Positions 17,495-26,174 of a stretch of 64,000 bases of DNA are shown one piece after another. Source of the stretch: Clostridiales bacterium (GTDB taxonomy: Bacteria; Bacillota; Clostridia; Christensenellales; Aristaeellaceae); assembly GCA_004556155.1 (NCBI GenBank), contig SFIM01000001.1, positions 62,949 to 126,948 of the forward strand, read 5' to 3'. The notes beneath the pieces are model-generated. The model was not told the DNA's origin and ran no database searches. It saw only the letters and a list, made by a program, of their open reading frames with translations. Positions within the stretch are counted from its first letter, which is position 1. The number at the start of each line of letters is the position of its first letter. The translations under genes were made by a program, and so were the position numbers.

Positions 17495-17707
17495 ATGAGC
17501 AAGTACGATTCTTTATGGGCGCATATTCAGCAGGATGGTCGCGCACAGTTCAAGCTGACGTTTGACGAGATTGCGCAAATCGCCGGGCTGCCTCTTGATC
17601 ATTCCTTTTTGACCTATAGAAAAGAGCTGCTTGCCTATGGCTGCCGTGTGGGCAAGATATCGATGAAAGAGCAGACGGTGGCCTTTGAACGAATCGAGGA
17701 TGCATAA
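17495..17707 (+). CDS. small conserved hypothetical protein (70 aa)
   Basis: MSKYDSLWAHIQQDGRAQFKLTFDEIAQIAGLPLDHSFLTYRKELLAYGCRVGKISMKEQTVAFERI. AGGAGAAG RBS. Resembles a recurrent small stand-alone domain of unknown function. Confidence 0.55.
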   Translation: MSKYDSLWAHIQQDGRAQFKLTFDEIAQIAGLPLDHSFLTYRKELLAYGCRVGKISMKEQTVAFERIEDA

Positions 17708-17751
17708 GGCAAAGCGCCAGTCTGTCAGCAAATAGAGCCGGAAACATAAAA

Positions 17752-17796
17752 ATCCCCTCTCCATATGGTCTGAACGCATATGGAGAGGGGATTTGT
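17752..17796 (+). terminator. strong intrinsic terminator
   Basis: ATCCCCTCTCCATATG...CATATGGAGAGGGGAT (16-bp arms) followed by TTGTT. Confidence 0.85.
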
Positions 17797-17829
17797 TAAC
17801 GAAATCTTATTGGCGGCGTAGGTGGAGAA

Positions 17830-18066
17830 TCAAATCTCCTTGCAGCAATGGCAATGGGGGCGGTATTTCACATTGGATAGCTTCAGCTTGCAGCAATGTG
17901 GGCACCGGCTGCTGAACAGCCTGACGACAGCGCATACAAGCATGATGATTCAGCAGGCCGCGGCGATATATGCCGCTCTCAAAACATCATAATTGCCGTT
18001 TAGCAGCTGCAGACCCATTACGCCCAAGTCGATCAAAAACAGGATGAGGTTCTTACAAGCATCCAT
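17830..18066 (-). pseudogene. small 2-TM plus zinc-ribbon ORF split by an in-frame TGA (below the track size cut-off)
   Basis: ATG 18066 (AAGGA RBS): MDACKNLILFLIDLGVMGLQLLNGNYDVLRAAYIAAAC, then TGA (17950-17952), then IIMLVCAVVRLFSSRCPHCCKLKLSNVKYRPHCHCCKEI, stop 17830-17832. The TGA falls inside the predicted second TM helix. Confidence 0.35.
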
Positions 18067-18098
18067 GCTGCAATCCTTTTCATTCTGATCGACGCCTT

Positions 18099-18806
18099 TT
18101 ATGGATGCAGCACCGTGCCGCGCGGATCGCCCGCGATGACCTTGAGGATGTTTTCCGGCTCGGCCAGGCCGAACACGCGCACCATTGGGATGGCCTGTTC
18201 GGTCAGCATGGCAAAGGCGGCGGTGTCCATCACACGCAGGCGGCGCTCCAGCGCCTCGGCATAGCTGATATCGGGGATCAACTGGGCGTTGGGGTCCTTA
18301 TTGGGGTCGGCCGTGTACACGCCATCCACATTCTTGGCCAGCAGCAGCATATCGGCCTGCATTTCGGCAGCGCGCAGCACCACGGCGGTATCGGTGGTGA
18401 AGAACGGGTTGCCCGAGCCGCCCGCGAAGAACACAACCTTGCCCTCAGCCATGGCCTGGCGCGCGGACTGCACATTGTAGGGCTCGCACACGCGGGGCAT
18501 ATCGATGGCGGAGAACACCACGGCATGGCCGCCCGTGCGCTCCACAGCGTCGCGCATGCACAGGCAGTTGATCACCGTGCCCAGCATGCCCATGTGATCG
18601 GCGGTCACAGCGTCCATCTCTTGGGATTGGCGGCCGCGCCAGATATTGCCCGCGCCGATGACCACGCCCAGTTGCGCGCCGGTAGCAGCCACATCGGAGA
18701 GAATTCTGCCGACGCGCAGAATCATATCCTGATCGAACAGCCGGCCGTTTTCGCCCAGAGCCTCGCCGCTGAGCTTAAGCAGGATGTGCTTGGGGGATTC
18801 CTTCAT
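18099..18806 (-). CDS. pyrH: UMP kinase
   Basis: ILLKLSGEAL...VIGAGNIWRG...FFAGGSGNPFFTTDTAAVLRA. Confidence 0.95.
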   Translation of the reverse strand: MKESPKHILLKLSGEALGENGRLFDQDMILRVGRILSDVAATGAQLGVVIGAGNIWRGRQSQEMDAVTADHMGMLGTVINCLCMRDAVERTGGHAVVFSAIDMPRVCEPYNVQSARQAMAEGKVVFFAGGSGNPFFTTDTAVVLRAAEMQADMLLLAKNVDGVYTADPNKDPNAQLIPDISYAEALERRLRVMDTAAFAMLTEQAIPMVRVFGLAEPENILKVIAGDPRGTVLHP

Positions 18807-18830
18807 GATTAAAAACCTCCTGACGGCATG

Positions 18831-18858
18831 AAAAAAGGCGGACGTTTTCGCGTCCGCC
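18831..18858 (-). terminator. hairpin plus U-run between tsf and pyrH
   Basis: GGCGGACG (18837-18844)/CGTCCGCC (18851-18858). On the minus strand it is followed by TTTTTT (18831-18836), only ~25 nt before the pyrH start. Confidence 0.6.
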
Positions 18859-18870
18859 GGGATGGAATAA

Positions 18871-19542
18871 TTACGCCTTTTTGGCGGTCATTTCGGCGAT
18901 TTCAGCGGCTAGATCGCTCTGCTTCTTCTCAATGCCTTCGCCCAGCTTATAGCGGACAAAGCGGCGGATGGTTACCTTCTCGCCGGTCTTGAGGGTGCTC
19001 TCATGCAGCAGGGTCTGGATGGTGATATCGGGATCCTTTACATAGGGCTGATCCAGCAGGCAAATTTCCTTGCAGTACTTTTCGATGCGGCCGTCCACGA
19101 TCTTTTCGATGATCTGAGCGGGCTTCTTGCTGTTCTTCTCATCGTTCATGACCTGCTCACGGGCGATGCGGCGCTCTTCTTCCAACTTTTCAGCGGGAAT
19201 TTCGTCCTTGGAGACGAATTCGGGCGCGGCAGCGGCGATGTGCATGGCCACGTTGTGGCACAGCTCTTTGAAAGCGTCGGTGTTGGCTACGAAGTCGGTT
19301 TCACAGTTGATTTCAACCAGCACGCCGATCTTGCCGCCCATGTGGATGTAGGATTCCACGGCGCCCTCGGCGGCCACGCGGCCGCTCTTCTTGTTGGCGG
19401 CAGCCAGACCCTTTTCACGCAGGTATTCAACGGCCGCTTCCATGTCGCCATTGCTGGAGACCAGGGCCTTTTTGCAGTCCATCATGCCGGCCTGAGTGCG
19501 CTCGCGCAGCTCTTTTACCATTGCAGCAGTTACTTCAGCCAT
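18871..19542 (-). CDS. tsf: translation elongation factor Ts (short form)
   Basis: [45 protein letters not shown] (UBA-like N-domain) and following EF-Ts core. Confidence 0.95.
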   Translation of the reverse strand: MAEVTAAMVKELRERTQAGMMDCKKALVSSNGDMEAAVEYLREKGLAAANKKSGRVAAEGAVESYIHMGGKIGVLVEINCETDFVANTDAFKELCHNVAMHIAAAAPEFVSKDEIPAEKLEEERRIAREQVMNDEKNSKKPAQIIEKIVDGRIEKYCKEICLLDQPYVKDPDITIQTLLHESTLKTGEKVTIRRFVRYKLGEGIEKKQSDLAAEIAEMTAKKA

Positions 19543-19581
19543 GGGGGTATGCCTCCTGATTATTATTTTTAAGTGGATTGA

Positions 19582-20316
19582 TTATTCGGCGTCAGCGGGA
19601 GCTTCTTCGGCAGCCTGCTCTTCGCCATCCTGAGCGCCTTGACGGCCCTCCAGCACGGCGTCGGCCATCTTGCCGGCGATCAGCTTTACGGCGCGGATGG
19701 CGTCGTCGTTGCCGGGGATGACGTAGTCAATTTCGTCAGGATCGCAGTTGGTATCCACGATGCCTACGATCGGAATGCCCAGCGCGCGGGCCTCGGCCAC
19801 GGCGATGTGCTCCTTGCGGGGGTCAACTACAAATAGCGCGCCGGGCAGACCCTTCATTTCGCGAATACCGCCCAGGTTGGCAACCAGCTTTTCGCGCTCG
19901 TGGATCAGCTTGATAACTTCCTTCTTGGGCAGCACGTCGAACTGGCCGTTCTGCTCCATGCGGTCGATCTGGTTCAGACGCTCGATGCGGGTTTTGATGG
20001 TCTTATAGTTGGTCAGCATGCCGCCCAGCCAGCGGTTGTTGACATAATACATGTTGCAGCGCTTGGCTTCGCTTTCAATGCTTTCCTGAGCCTGCTTCTT
20101 GGTGCCCACGAACAGGATGGTCTTGCCTTCCATCGACAGATTTCGCACAAACATGTACGCTTCGTCGATCTTGCGAACGGTCTTTTGCAGGTCGATGATG
20201 TAGATACCGTTGCGCTCAGTGAAGATGTACTGAGCCATCTTGGGGTTCCAGCGGCGGGTCTGATGACCGAAGTGTACGCCGGCTTCCAGCAGGTGCTTCA
20301 TAGAAATGACAGCCAT
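19582..20316 (-). CDS. rpsB: 30S ribosomal protein S2
   Basis: [32 protein letters not shown]. Start ATG 20316 after AAGGAGGAAAA. Confidence 0.96.
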   Translation of the reverse strand: MAVISMKHLLEAGVHFGHQTRRWNPKMAQYIFTERNGIYIIDLQKTVRKIDEAYMFVRNLSMEGKTILFVGTKKQAQESIESEAKRCNMYYVNNRWLGGMLTNYKTIKTRIERLNQIDRMEQNGQFDVLPKKEVIKLIHEREKLVANLGGIREMKGLPGALFVVDPRKEHIAVAEARALGIPIVGIVDTNCDPDEIDYVIPGNDDAIRAVKLIAGKMADAVLEGRQGAQDGEEQAAEEAPADAE

Positions 20317-20414
20317 GGTTTTCCTCCTTGTTTTTCCACCGCGGGGGTTGAATTTTTTGCCTGCCAACCCGTAAGGGCACAAGCGGCAAACCGCCCGCGT
20401 GCGTTATCCGTTCA

Positions 20415-20443
20415 ATTATATCACAGGCATTGAGGCTGCGCAA
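20415..20443 (-). promoter_or_regulatory. candidate rpsB promoter
   Basis: Minus-strand TTGCGC (20438-20443), 17 nt spacer, TATAAT (20415-20420); ~95-nt leader to rpsB. Confidence 0.5.
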
Positions 20444-20513
20444 GCCCTGAAAACGCAAATTTTCCAGTTTTTTGCGCATTTTCCGCCGGAGTGGGGGCGA
20501 TGACGGGGGAGAC

Positions 20514-20542
20514 TTGTTATTATAGAGGGATAGTGTTATAAT
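20514..20542 (+). promoter_or_regulatory. candidate trkA promoter
   Basis: TTGTTA (20514-20519), 17 nt spacer, TATAAT (20537-20542), with TGT extended -10. Confidence 0.55.
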
Positions 20543-20607
20543 GCATACTGCACTTATAGCGTCCTGATGCATTAACAGGCGATTTGCTTGGCGAGACGGA
20601 GGATAAC

Positions 20608-21972
20608 ATGCGAATTCTGGTGGTTGGCGATGGCAAGGTAGGCCATGTGCTGGCAGAGCATCTGACCCGCGAGGGGCATAATGTGGTGATTGTGGATATA
20701 GATGAGGAGGCGCTGCAGCGCAGCGAGGATACGCTGGACGTCATGTGCATCCGCGGCAACGGCGCGAACGCGAAAACGCTGATTGACGCGGGCGCGCAGA
20801 AGGCGGATATCATCATTGCCGCCACGGCCAGCGATGAAACCAATATGCTCTGCTGCCTGGTGGCCAAGCGTCTGGGTACGCAGTATGCCATCGCGCGCAT
20901 CCGCGATCCGGAATATAACGAAAGCCTGAATCTGCTGCGCCATGAGCTGGATATCGACATGGCGATCAATCCTGAGCGCGCCACAGCGCAGGAAATCAGC
21001 CGCCTGCTGCGCTTCCCATTTGCCAATAATATCGAATCCTTTGCCCGCGGCAGGGTGGAAATGGTGGAGTTCCGCGCGCAGGAGCACGACGCGGTGGTCG
21101 GCCGCCCGCTGCGCGAAATTGCAGCCAAGGTGCACGGCATTCCACAGGTGCTGTACGCCGCGGTGGAGCGCGATGGCAGCGTGATCATTCCGGGCGGCGA
21201 TTTCGTGATTGAGCCGGGCGACCGTGTGCATGTAGCGGCGGATGTGGTGACGATCACGGAGTATTTCCGCTTCCTGGGCAAAAACTCGCTGCGCGTCAAG
21301 GATGTGATGATCCTGGGCGGCGGGCGCATTGGCTATTATCTGGCCAAGATGATCGCGCCCATGGGCGTGCATGTCAGCCTGATTGAAATAAACGAAAAGA
21401 AGGCCAACCGCCTCAGCGAGGCGTTGCCGGACGTGAATGTGATTTACGGCGACGGCACCGATCAGGAGCTGCTGGAGCAGGAGGGGCTGACGCAGATGGA
21501 TGCGTTTATCGCCCTGTGCGACCGCGATGAGGAAAACCTGATGACCGGCCTGTTTGCCGCGCGCCAGGGCGTGCCCAAGGTGGTGGTCAAGAATAACCGC
21601 GTGGCCTATGCCGATATTATCAGTTCCATGGGCCTGGATAGCATCGTCAGCCCCAAGTCTATCACCTGCGCACATATCCTGCGCTATGTTCGCGCCCGCG
21701 TAAACGGCGGCGGAACCAAAATAGAAAAGCTCTATCGACTGATGGACGGCAAGGCCGAAGCGCTGGAATTTGTGGCGCGGCCAAACGATTCCTATATCGG
21801 CGTGCCGCTGCGCGAGCTGCATAAGCGCCCCAATACCCTGGTGGCGGTTATCGTGCGCGCCGGCCGGGTGATCGTGCCTTTTGGTAACGATCATATCGAG
21901 GCGGGGGACAACGTGGTGATTATCGCCTGCGAGAGCGGCATTGGCGATCTGAACGAGGTTATCCGCAAATGA
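20608..21972 (+). CDS. trkA: Trk-system K+ uptake protein TrkA (two RCK/NAD-binding repeats)
   Basis: MRILVVGDGKVGHVLA and a second ILGGGRIGYYLA Rossmann motif. GGAGGA RBS before ATG 20608. Confidence 0.92.
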   Translation: MRILVVGDGKVGHVLAEHLTREGHNVVIVDIDEEALQRSEDTLDVMCIRGNGANAKTLIDAGAQKADIIIAATASDETNMLCCLVAKRLGTQYAIARIRDPEYNESLNLLRHELDIDMAINPERATAQEISRLLRFPFANNIESFARGRVEMVEFRAQEHDAVVGRPLREIAAKVHGIPQVLYAAVERDGSVIIPGGDFVIEPGDRVHVAADVVTITEYFRFLGKNSLRVKDVMILGGGRIGYYLAKMIAPMGVHVSLIEINEKKANRLSEALPDVNVIYGDGTDQELLEQEGLTQMDAFIALCDRDEENLMTGLFAARQGVPKVVVKNNRVAYADIISSMGLDSIVSPKSITCAHILRYVRARVNGGGTKIEKLYRLMDGKAEALEFVARPNDSYIGVPLRELHKRPNTLVAVIVRAGRVIVPFGNDHIEAGDNVVIIACESGIGDLNEVIRK

Positions 21973-23420
21973 ACAAACGACTGGTGCTCAAAATCCTGGG
22001 CGCAACGCTGCTGATTGAGGCGGCTACGATGCTGCCCTCCTATGTGGTGGCGCTGGTATATCATGATCCGGGCGATGGCGAGGCGCTGCTGAAAACCATT
22101 TTGATAATGGTGTTTCTGGGGCTGCCGATGTGGTTCCTGGCAAAGCCGCGCGAGAGTAATCTGCGCGCCCGAGAGGGCTTCGTCATCGTGGCGCTGGCCT
22201 GGCTGGGGCTGAGCGGATTTGGCGCGCTGCCCTTTGTGTTCAGCGGTTATCTGCCCAATTATATTGACGCGCTGTTTGAGGCCGTATCCGGCTTTACCAC
22301 CACGGGCGCAACGGTGGTGACCAATTTTGAACATTACCCGCACGGGGTGATGTTCTGGCGCAGCTTTACCCATTGGATTGGCGGCATGGGTGTGCTTGTG
22401 CTGACGCTGGCGCTTCTGCCGCAGATGACGGGGCGCACGTCGCACCTGGTGCGCGCGGAAAGCCCCGGCCCGAGCCTGAGCAAGATTGTTCCCAAGATGG
22501 GCGATTCAGCCAAGATTCTGTATCTGATCTACGCCGCCTTGACGGCGCTGCAATTTGCGGTGCTGCTGCTGGCGGGGATGAATCCCTACGACGCGGCGAT
22601 CCATACCTTCGGCACGGCGGGCACGGGCGGCTTCAGCAATTACGGCGCCAGCATCGCGGCCTTCCACAGCCCACTGATCGAGTGGATCATCACGTTTTTC
22701 ATGGTGCTGTTCGGCATCAATTTCGCGCTGTTTTACCGTGCCATCACAGGGGACTGGCGCGATGCGCTGCGCAGCGAGGAGCTGCACTGGTATCTGGGCA
22801 TCTATGGAACGGCGACGATTTTTTCCACCATGCTGCTGCTGCCGCGCTATCATGGCTTCTGGGAGGCGCTGCGCTACGGCAGCTTCCAGGTGGCCAGCGT
22901 GATGTCCACCACCGGCTATGCCACGGCGGATTTTAACCTCTGGCCCGTGGCGGTCAAAATGGTGCTGCTGCTGGTGATGATTGTGGGCGGTTGCGCGGGC
23001 TCCACCGCGGGCGGCATCAAGGTGGTGCGCACAGCATTGCTGTTTAAGCTGGGACGGCGCGAAATTCGCCATACCTTCCAGCCGCGCAAGGTGCAGGTGG
23101 TGCGCTTTGAGGGCAAGGGTGTGGAAGAGGGCATGCTGTCGCAGGTGGCGATGTTCTTCTGCGTGTATGTGCTGATGCTGCTTCTGGGTGCGTTCGCCAT
23201 TTCGCTGGAGGGGCGCTTTGATGTGGAAACCAACCTGACGGCGGCGCTGACGTGCCTGAGCAACGTGGGCCCCGGCCTTGGCGCGGTGGGCCCGGTGGAA
23301 AACTTTGCCGGTTACGGCCCCTTTGCCAAGCTTGTGCTGAGCCTGCTGATGCTGGCCGGCAGGCTGGAATTGTTCCCGATTCTGGCGCTGTTCCACCCCG
23401 CAATTTGGCGCAAAAGCTGA
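21969..23420 (+). CDS. trkH: TrkH/KtrB-family K+ transporter membrane subunit
   Basis: Polytopic; FEAVSGFTTTGATV, FGTAGTGGFS and SVMSTTGYAT selectivity-filter-like repeats. ATGA overlap with the trkA stop. Confidence 0.92.
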   Translation: MNKRLVLKILGATLLIEAATMLPSYVVALVYHDPGDGEALLKTILIMVFLGLPMWFLAKPRESNLRAREGFVIVALAWLGLSGFGALPFVFSGYLPNYIDALFEAVSGFTTTGATVVTNFEHYPHGVMFWRSFTHWIGGMGVLVLTLALLPQMTGRTSHLVRAESPGPSLSKIVPKMGDSAKILYLIYAALTALQFAVLLLAGMNPYDAAIHTFGTAGTGGFSNYGASIAAFHSPLIEWIITFFMVLFGINFALFYRAITGDWRDALRSEELHWYLGIYGTATIFSTMLLLPRYHGFWEALRYGSFQVASVMSTTGYATADFNLWPVAVKMVLLLVMIVGGCAGSTAGGIKVVRTALLFKLGRREIRHTFQPRKVQVVRFEGKGVEEGMLSQVAMFFCVYVLMLLLGAFAISLEGRFDVETNLTAALTCLSNVGPGLGAVGPVENFAGYGPFAKLVLSLLMLAGRLELFPILALFHPAIWRKS

Positions 23421-23476
23421 ATGGCCAGGCAGGGAAAAGCATTCGCTTTTTTAATCTCCTTTTAAGAAAATTGCAT

Positions 23477-23505
23477 TTGTATTGGCGCGCCATCTGTGGT
23501 ATAAT
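23477..23505 (+). promoter_or_regulatory. candidate promoter P1 upstream of the xpaC-telA cluster
   Basis: TTGTAT (23477-23482), 17 nt spacer, TATAAT (23500-23505). The spacer contains the palindrome TGGCGCGCCA. Confidence 0.5.
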
Positions 23506-23544
23506 TCGCCTGTCGGGCGGAAAACCGCCTGATTGGCGCGCCAA
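23483..23544. promoter_or_regulatory. paired operator-like palindromes
   Basis: TGGCGCGCCA (23483-23492) and TTGGCGCGCCAA (23533-23544), centres ~51 bp apart, with a GGCGG-AAAA-CCGCC hairpin between them. Confidence 0.45.
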
Positions 23545-23568
23545 ATTGTATGATTCAGCCATCATGCA

Positions 23569-23597
23569 TTGTCAAGCGCCCAGAATTGCGCTACTAT
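23569..23597 (+). promoter_or_regulatory. candidate promoter P2 of the xpaC-telA cluster
   Basis: TTGTCA (23569-23574), 17 nt spacer, TACTAT (23592-23597). Confidence 0.45.
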
Positions 23598-23634
23598 CCG
23601 TGCGTATACTGAATCAATTTCAAGGAGGGCGCGT

Positions 23635-24405
23635 ATGCCGCCGAGAGGGAGAAATCGTCGTCCGAAGCGCGGACTTTCCGGCGCTTTTATTGTGATGGGC
23701 ATTATGAGCCTGCTCTATAGCGGGGTATTTCCGCTGTTCCGGCTATTTGATTACGCCGTGCTGGCGCTGGTGATGCTGGGCGCGGGCAAGATCTACCGGG
23801 CGGTGGTCAAGAAGATCCATCAGAAAGAAGACGAGGCCGCCGAGGAGGAGGAGCGCCGCGAGCGTCAACGCGAGGAATATGCCCGCAAGCGCCGCGAAGC
23901 CGAGGAAAAGCGCAAGGCCGAGCAGGCCAAGGCCACAACCGGCGACGCGGCGGTGGACAGCCTGATTCTGCGCGGGCAGCAGCTGTTAGAGCAGATCCGC
24001 AGCGAAAACGATCGCTTGCCCGAGCCTGAAATCAGTGAGCAGATTGATACCATCGAAAGTATCGCCAACCAGATTTTTAAGGCCGTTATCGAGCAGCCCA
24101 AGAAGGCTCCGCAGATCCGCCGCTTTATGGATTATTACCTGCCCACCACGCTGAAAATGCTGGTGGCCTTCCGCCGTATGGAGGAGGGCAACGTGACGGG
24201 CGAAAGCGCGGACAACGCGCGCCAGCGCATCCGCGAATCGCTGGATATGGTCATCGAAGCCTTTAACAAACAGCTTGCCCGTCTTTATGAGGACGACGCG
24301 CTGGATATCACCACGGACATCGACGTGCTGGAAACCATGCTCAAGCAGGATGGCCTGATCGACTCGGGCCTGCGCACCCGCACGTCTACCGGAGAGGAGA
24401 AATAA
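23635..24405 (+). CDS. xpaC: XpaC-like (5-bromo-4-chloroindolyl phosphate hydrolysis protein family) membrane protein
   Basis: ATG 23635 after AAGGAGGG. Two TM helices, a highly charged KRE coiled coil, then ..IRRFMDYYLPTTLKMLVAF..LDMVIEAFNKQL, typical of XpaC. It precedes telA as in many Firmicutes. Confidence 0.7.
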   Translation: MPPRGRNRRPKRGLSGAFIVMGIMSLLYSGVFPLFRLFDYAVLALVMLGAGKIYRAVVKKIHQKEDEAAEEEERRERQREEYARKRREAEEKRKAEQAKATTGDAAVDSLILRGQQLLEQIRSENDRLPEPEISEQIDTIESIANQIFKAVIEQPKKAPQIRRFMDYYLPTTLKMLVAFRRMEEGNVTGESADNARQRIRESLDMVIEAFNKQLARLYEDDALDITTDIDVLETMLKQDGLIDSGLRTRTSTGEEK

Positions 24406-24408
24406 ACC

Positions 24409-25563
24409 ATGGACGAACAGAAAGTACCCGTTTTGACCCTCAACACCCAGTCCGGCGCGCAGCAGGCGCTGGAGCAGGCTGTGGCGCAGCTGGAGGCCCC
24501 CGAAGCCCCCAATGCCGATAACGCCGTTGCCGCCGCGCTGGACGATAATTTCAGCGCTGAGGAGCGCGCCGAGATCGAGCGCTTTGCTGGCACCATCGAT
24601 GTGACCAACCCCGACCATGTGATGCTCTACGGCGCGGATGCGCAGAAAAAGGTGTCCGAGTTTGCCGACAGCATCCTCAATACCGTCAAGAACACCGATT
24701 CAGGCGAGGTGGGGGATATCCTGACCAACCTGATCACCGAGCTCAAGAGCTTTGAAGGCTCTACCCAAAAGCCCAAGGGCTTGCGCGGGCTGTTCTTCAA
24801 CGCCAAGGCGCAGCTGGCCGCCGTGCAGGCGCGCTACGATGCGGTATCGCAGAATGTCGAGACCATCTCTGCCTCGCTTGAGCAGCATCAGATTCAGCTG
24901 CTGAAGGATGTGGCGATGTTCAACCGCCTGTACGAAATGAACCTGACCTACTTTCGCGAGCTGTCCATGTATATCATGGCCGGCGAAATGCGGCTGAAGG
25001 AAATCCGAGAGGGCGATCTGGAAAAGCTGCGTGCCAAGGCTGCCGAAACCGGCGACGCGCTGGACGCCCAGGCCGCCAAGGATCTGGCCGATCAGTGCGA
25101 CCGCTTTGAAAAGAAGCTGCACGATCTTAAGCTCACCCGCCAGGTAGCGCTGCAGATGGCGCCGCAGATTCGCATGCTGCAAAACAACAACGCCCTGCTG
25201 GTGGAGCGTATTCAGTCCACCCTGGTCAATACCCTGCCCCTGTGGAAAAACCAGATGGTGCTGGCTATCGGCCTGCATCACTCCCAGCAGGCCATGAAGG
25301 CGCAGCGCGCCGTCACGGATGCTACCAACGAGCTGCTCAAAAAGAACGCCGAAACCCTCAAAATGGGCACGCTTGAAACCGCCAAGGAAGCCGAGCGCGG
25401 CATTATTGATCTGGAAACGCTGACCAAGACCAATCAGGATCTGATTGATACCATCACCGAGGTACAGCGCATCCAGAAGGAAGGCCGCGATAAGCGCCGC
25501 GAGGCCGAAAAGCGCCTGGCCGAGATGGAAGACGAGCTGAAAAAGAAGATGCTGGAAAGCTGA
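24409..25563 (+). CDS. telA: TelA-family toxic-anion-resistance protein
   Basis: ~385-aa all-helical protein: DVTNPDHVMLYGADAQKKVSEFADSIL..GEVGDILTNLITELK...ALLVERIQSTLVNTLPLWKNQMV. Confidence 0.88.
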   Translation: MDEQKVPVLTLNTQSGAQQALEQAVAQLEAPEAPNADNAVAAALDDNFSAEERAEIERFAGTIDVTNPDHVMLYGADAQKKVSEFADSILNTVKNTDSGEVGDILTNLITELKSFEGSTQKPKGLRGLFFNAKAQLAAVQARYDAVSQNVETISASLEQHQIQLLKDVAMFNRLYEMNLTYFRELSMYIMAGEMRLKEIREGDLEKLRAKAAETGDALDAQAAKDLADQCDRFEKKLHDLKLTRQVALQMAPQIRMLQNNNALLVERIQSTLVNTLPLWKNQMVLAIGLHHSQQAMKAQRAVTDATNELLKKNAETLKMGTLETAKEAERGIIDLETLTKTNQDLIDTITEVQRIQKEGRDKRREAEKRLAEMEDELKKKMLES

Positions 25564-25586
25564 CAGCCTGCTAAAGGAGTAATCGC

Positions 25587-26153
25587 ATGGCCGAGAAAGT
25601 GAAAAAAAGCCTGCATCCGGCGATTGCCTGCGCGCTGATGGTGATCATGCTGTGCTGCGCGCTGCTAAACGGCGCCCACAAGGCCTGGACAAAGGAGCAA
25701 AACGCGCTTGAGCAGTATCGCGCCGCGGTGCTGGAAAGCGTGCAGGCCCGCGTGGAAACCGCCAATAATCTGCTGACCGTGGCCGGGCGCTATACCGGGG
25801 CAAGCGATCCCCTCTATGCCGCCGTGCAGAGCGATCTGCGCTCGATGGAAAACGGAAAAACCACCTTTTCCGTGGTTTCGGTGCAGCAGTTCCATGATGA
25901 CGCGCAGGCACTGCTGCAGTCCCTTGCCCAGCGGCAGGATGTGCAGGCCGACGGGCGCGATAACATGTATGTTACCCAGATGCTGCCCCAGGCGGTGGAT
26001 ATGTGCCTGAGCAGCGATTCAGCCGTGGCCTATAACGAGGCTGCGGCCAGCTATAATGAGCGGATGCACAGCTTCAGCGGCCTGCTGGCGCGCTGGACGG
26101 GTGTAAGCTATGCCGCGCTGTTTAACGACGGCGTGCAGTCTGCCACCAATTAA
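25587..26153 (+). CDS. LemA-like membrane-anchored protein (divergent)
   Basis: N-terminal TM helix. The C-terminal AYNEAAASYNERMHSFSGLLARWTGVSYAALF parallels the LemA YN..V..YN..I..FP...A..FGF motif. Followed by a TPM protein, as LemA usually is. Confidence 0.55.
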   Translation: MAEKVKKSLHPAIACALMVIMLCCALLNGAHKAWTKEQNALEQYRAAVLESVQARVETANNLLTVAGRYTGASDPLYAAVQSDLRSMENGKTTFSVVSVQQFHDDAQALLQSLAQRQDVQADGRDNMYVTQMLPQAVDMCLSSDSAVAYNEAAASYNERMHSFSGLLARWTGVSYAALFNDGVQSATN

Positions 26154-26174
26154 GGAAAGGAGCGGAAACGCTTG

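Noticed and set aside
17950-17952. In-frame TGA as selenocysteine
   Set aside because: I could not fold a SECIS-like hairpin with a G/U apical loop in the ~40 nt after the TGA. The codon lies inside a predicted TM helix, and TGA is used as an ordinary stop elsewhere in the window (e.g. rsmI, trkH). A nonsense mutation is more likely.
20520-21894. 269-aa and 440-aa minus-strand ORFs
   Set aside because: They are antisense to trkA, which has two clear Rossmann motifs. They have no RBS and low-complexity products.
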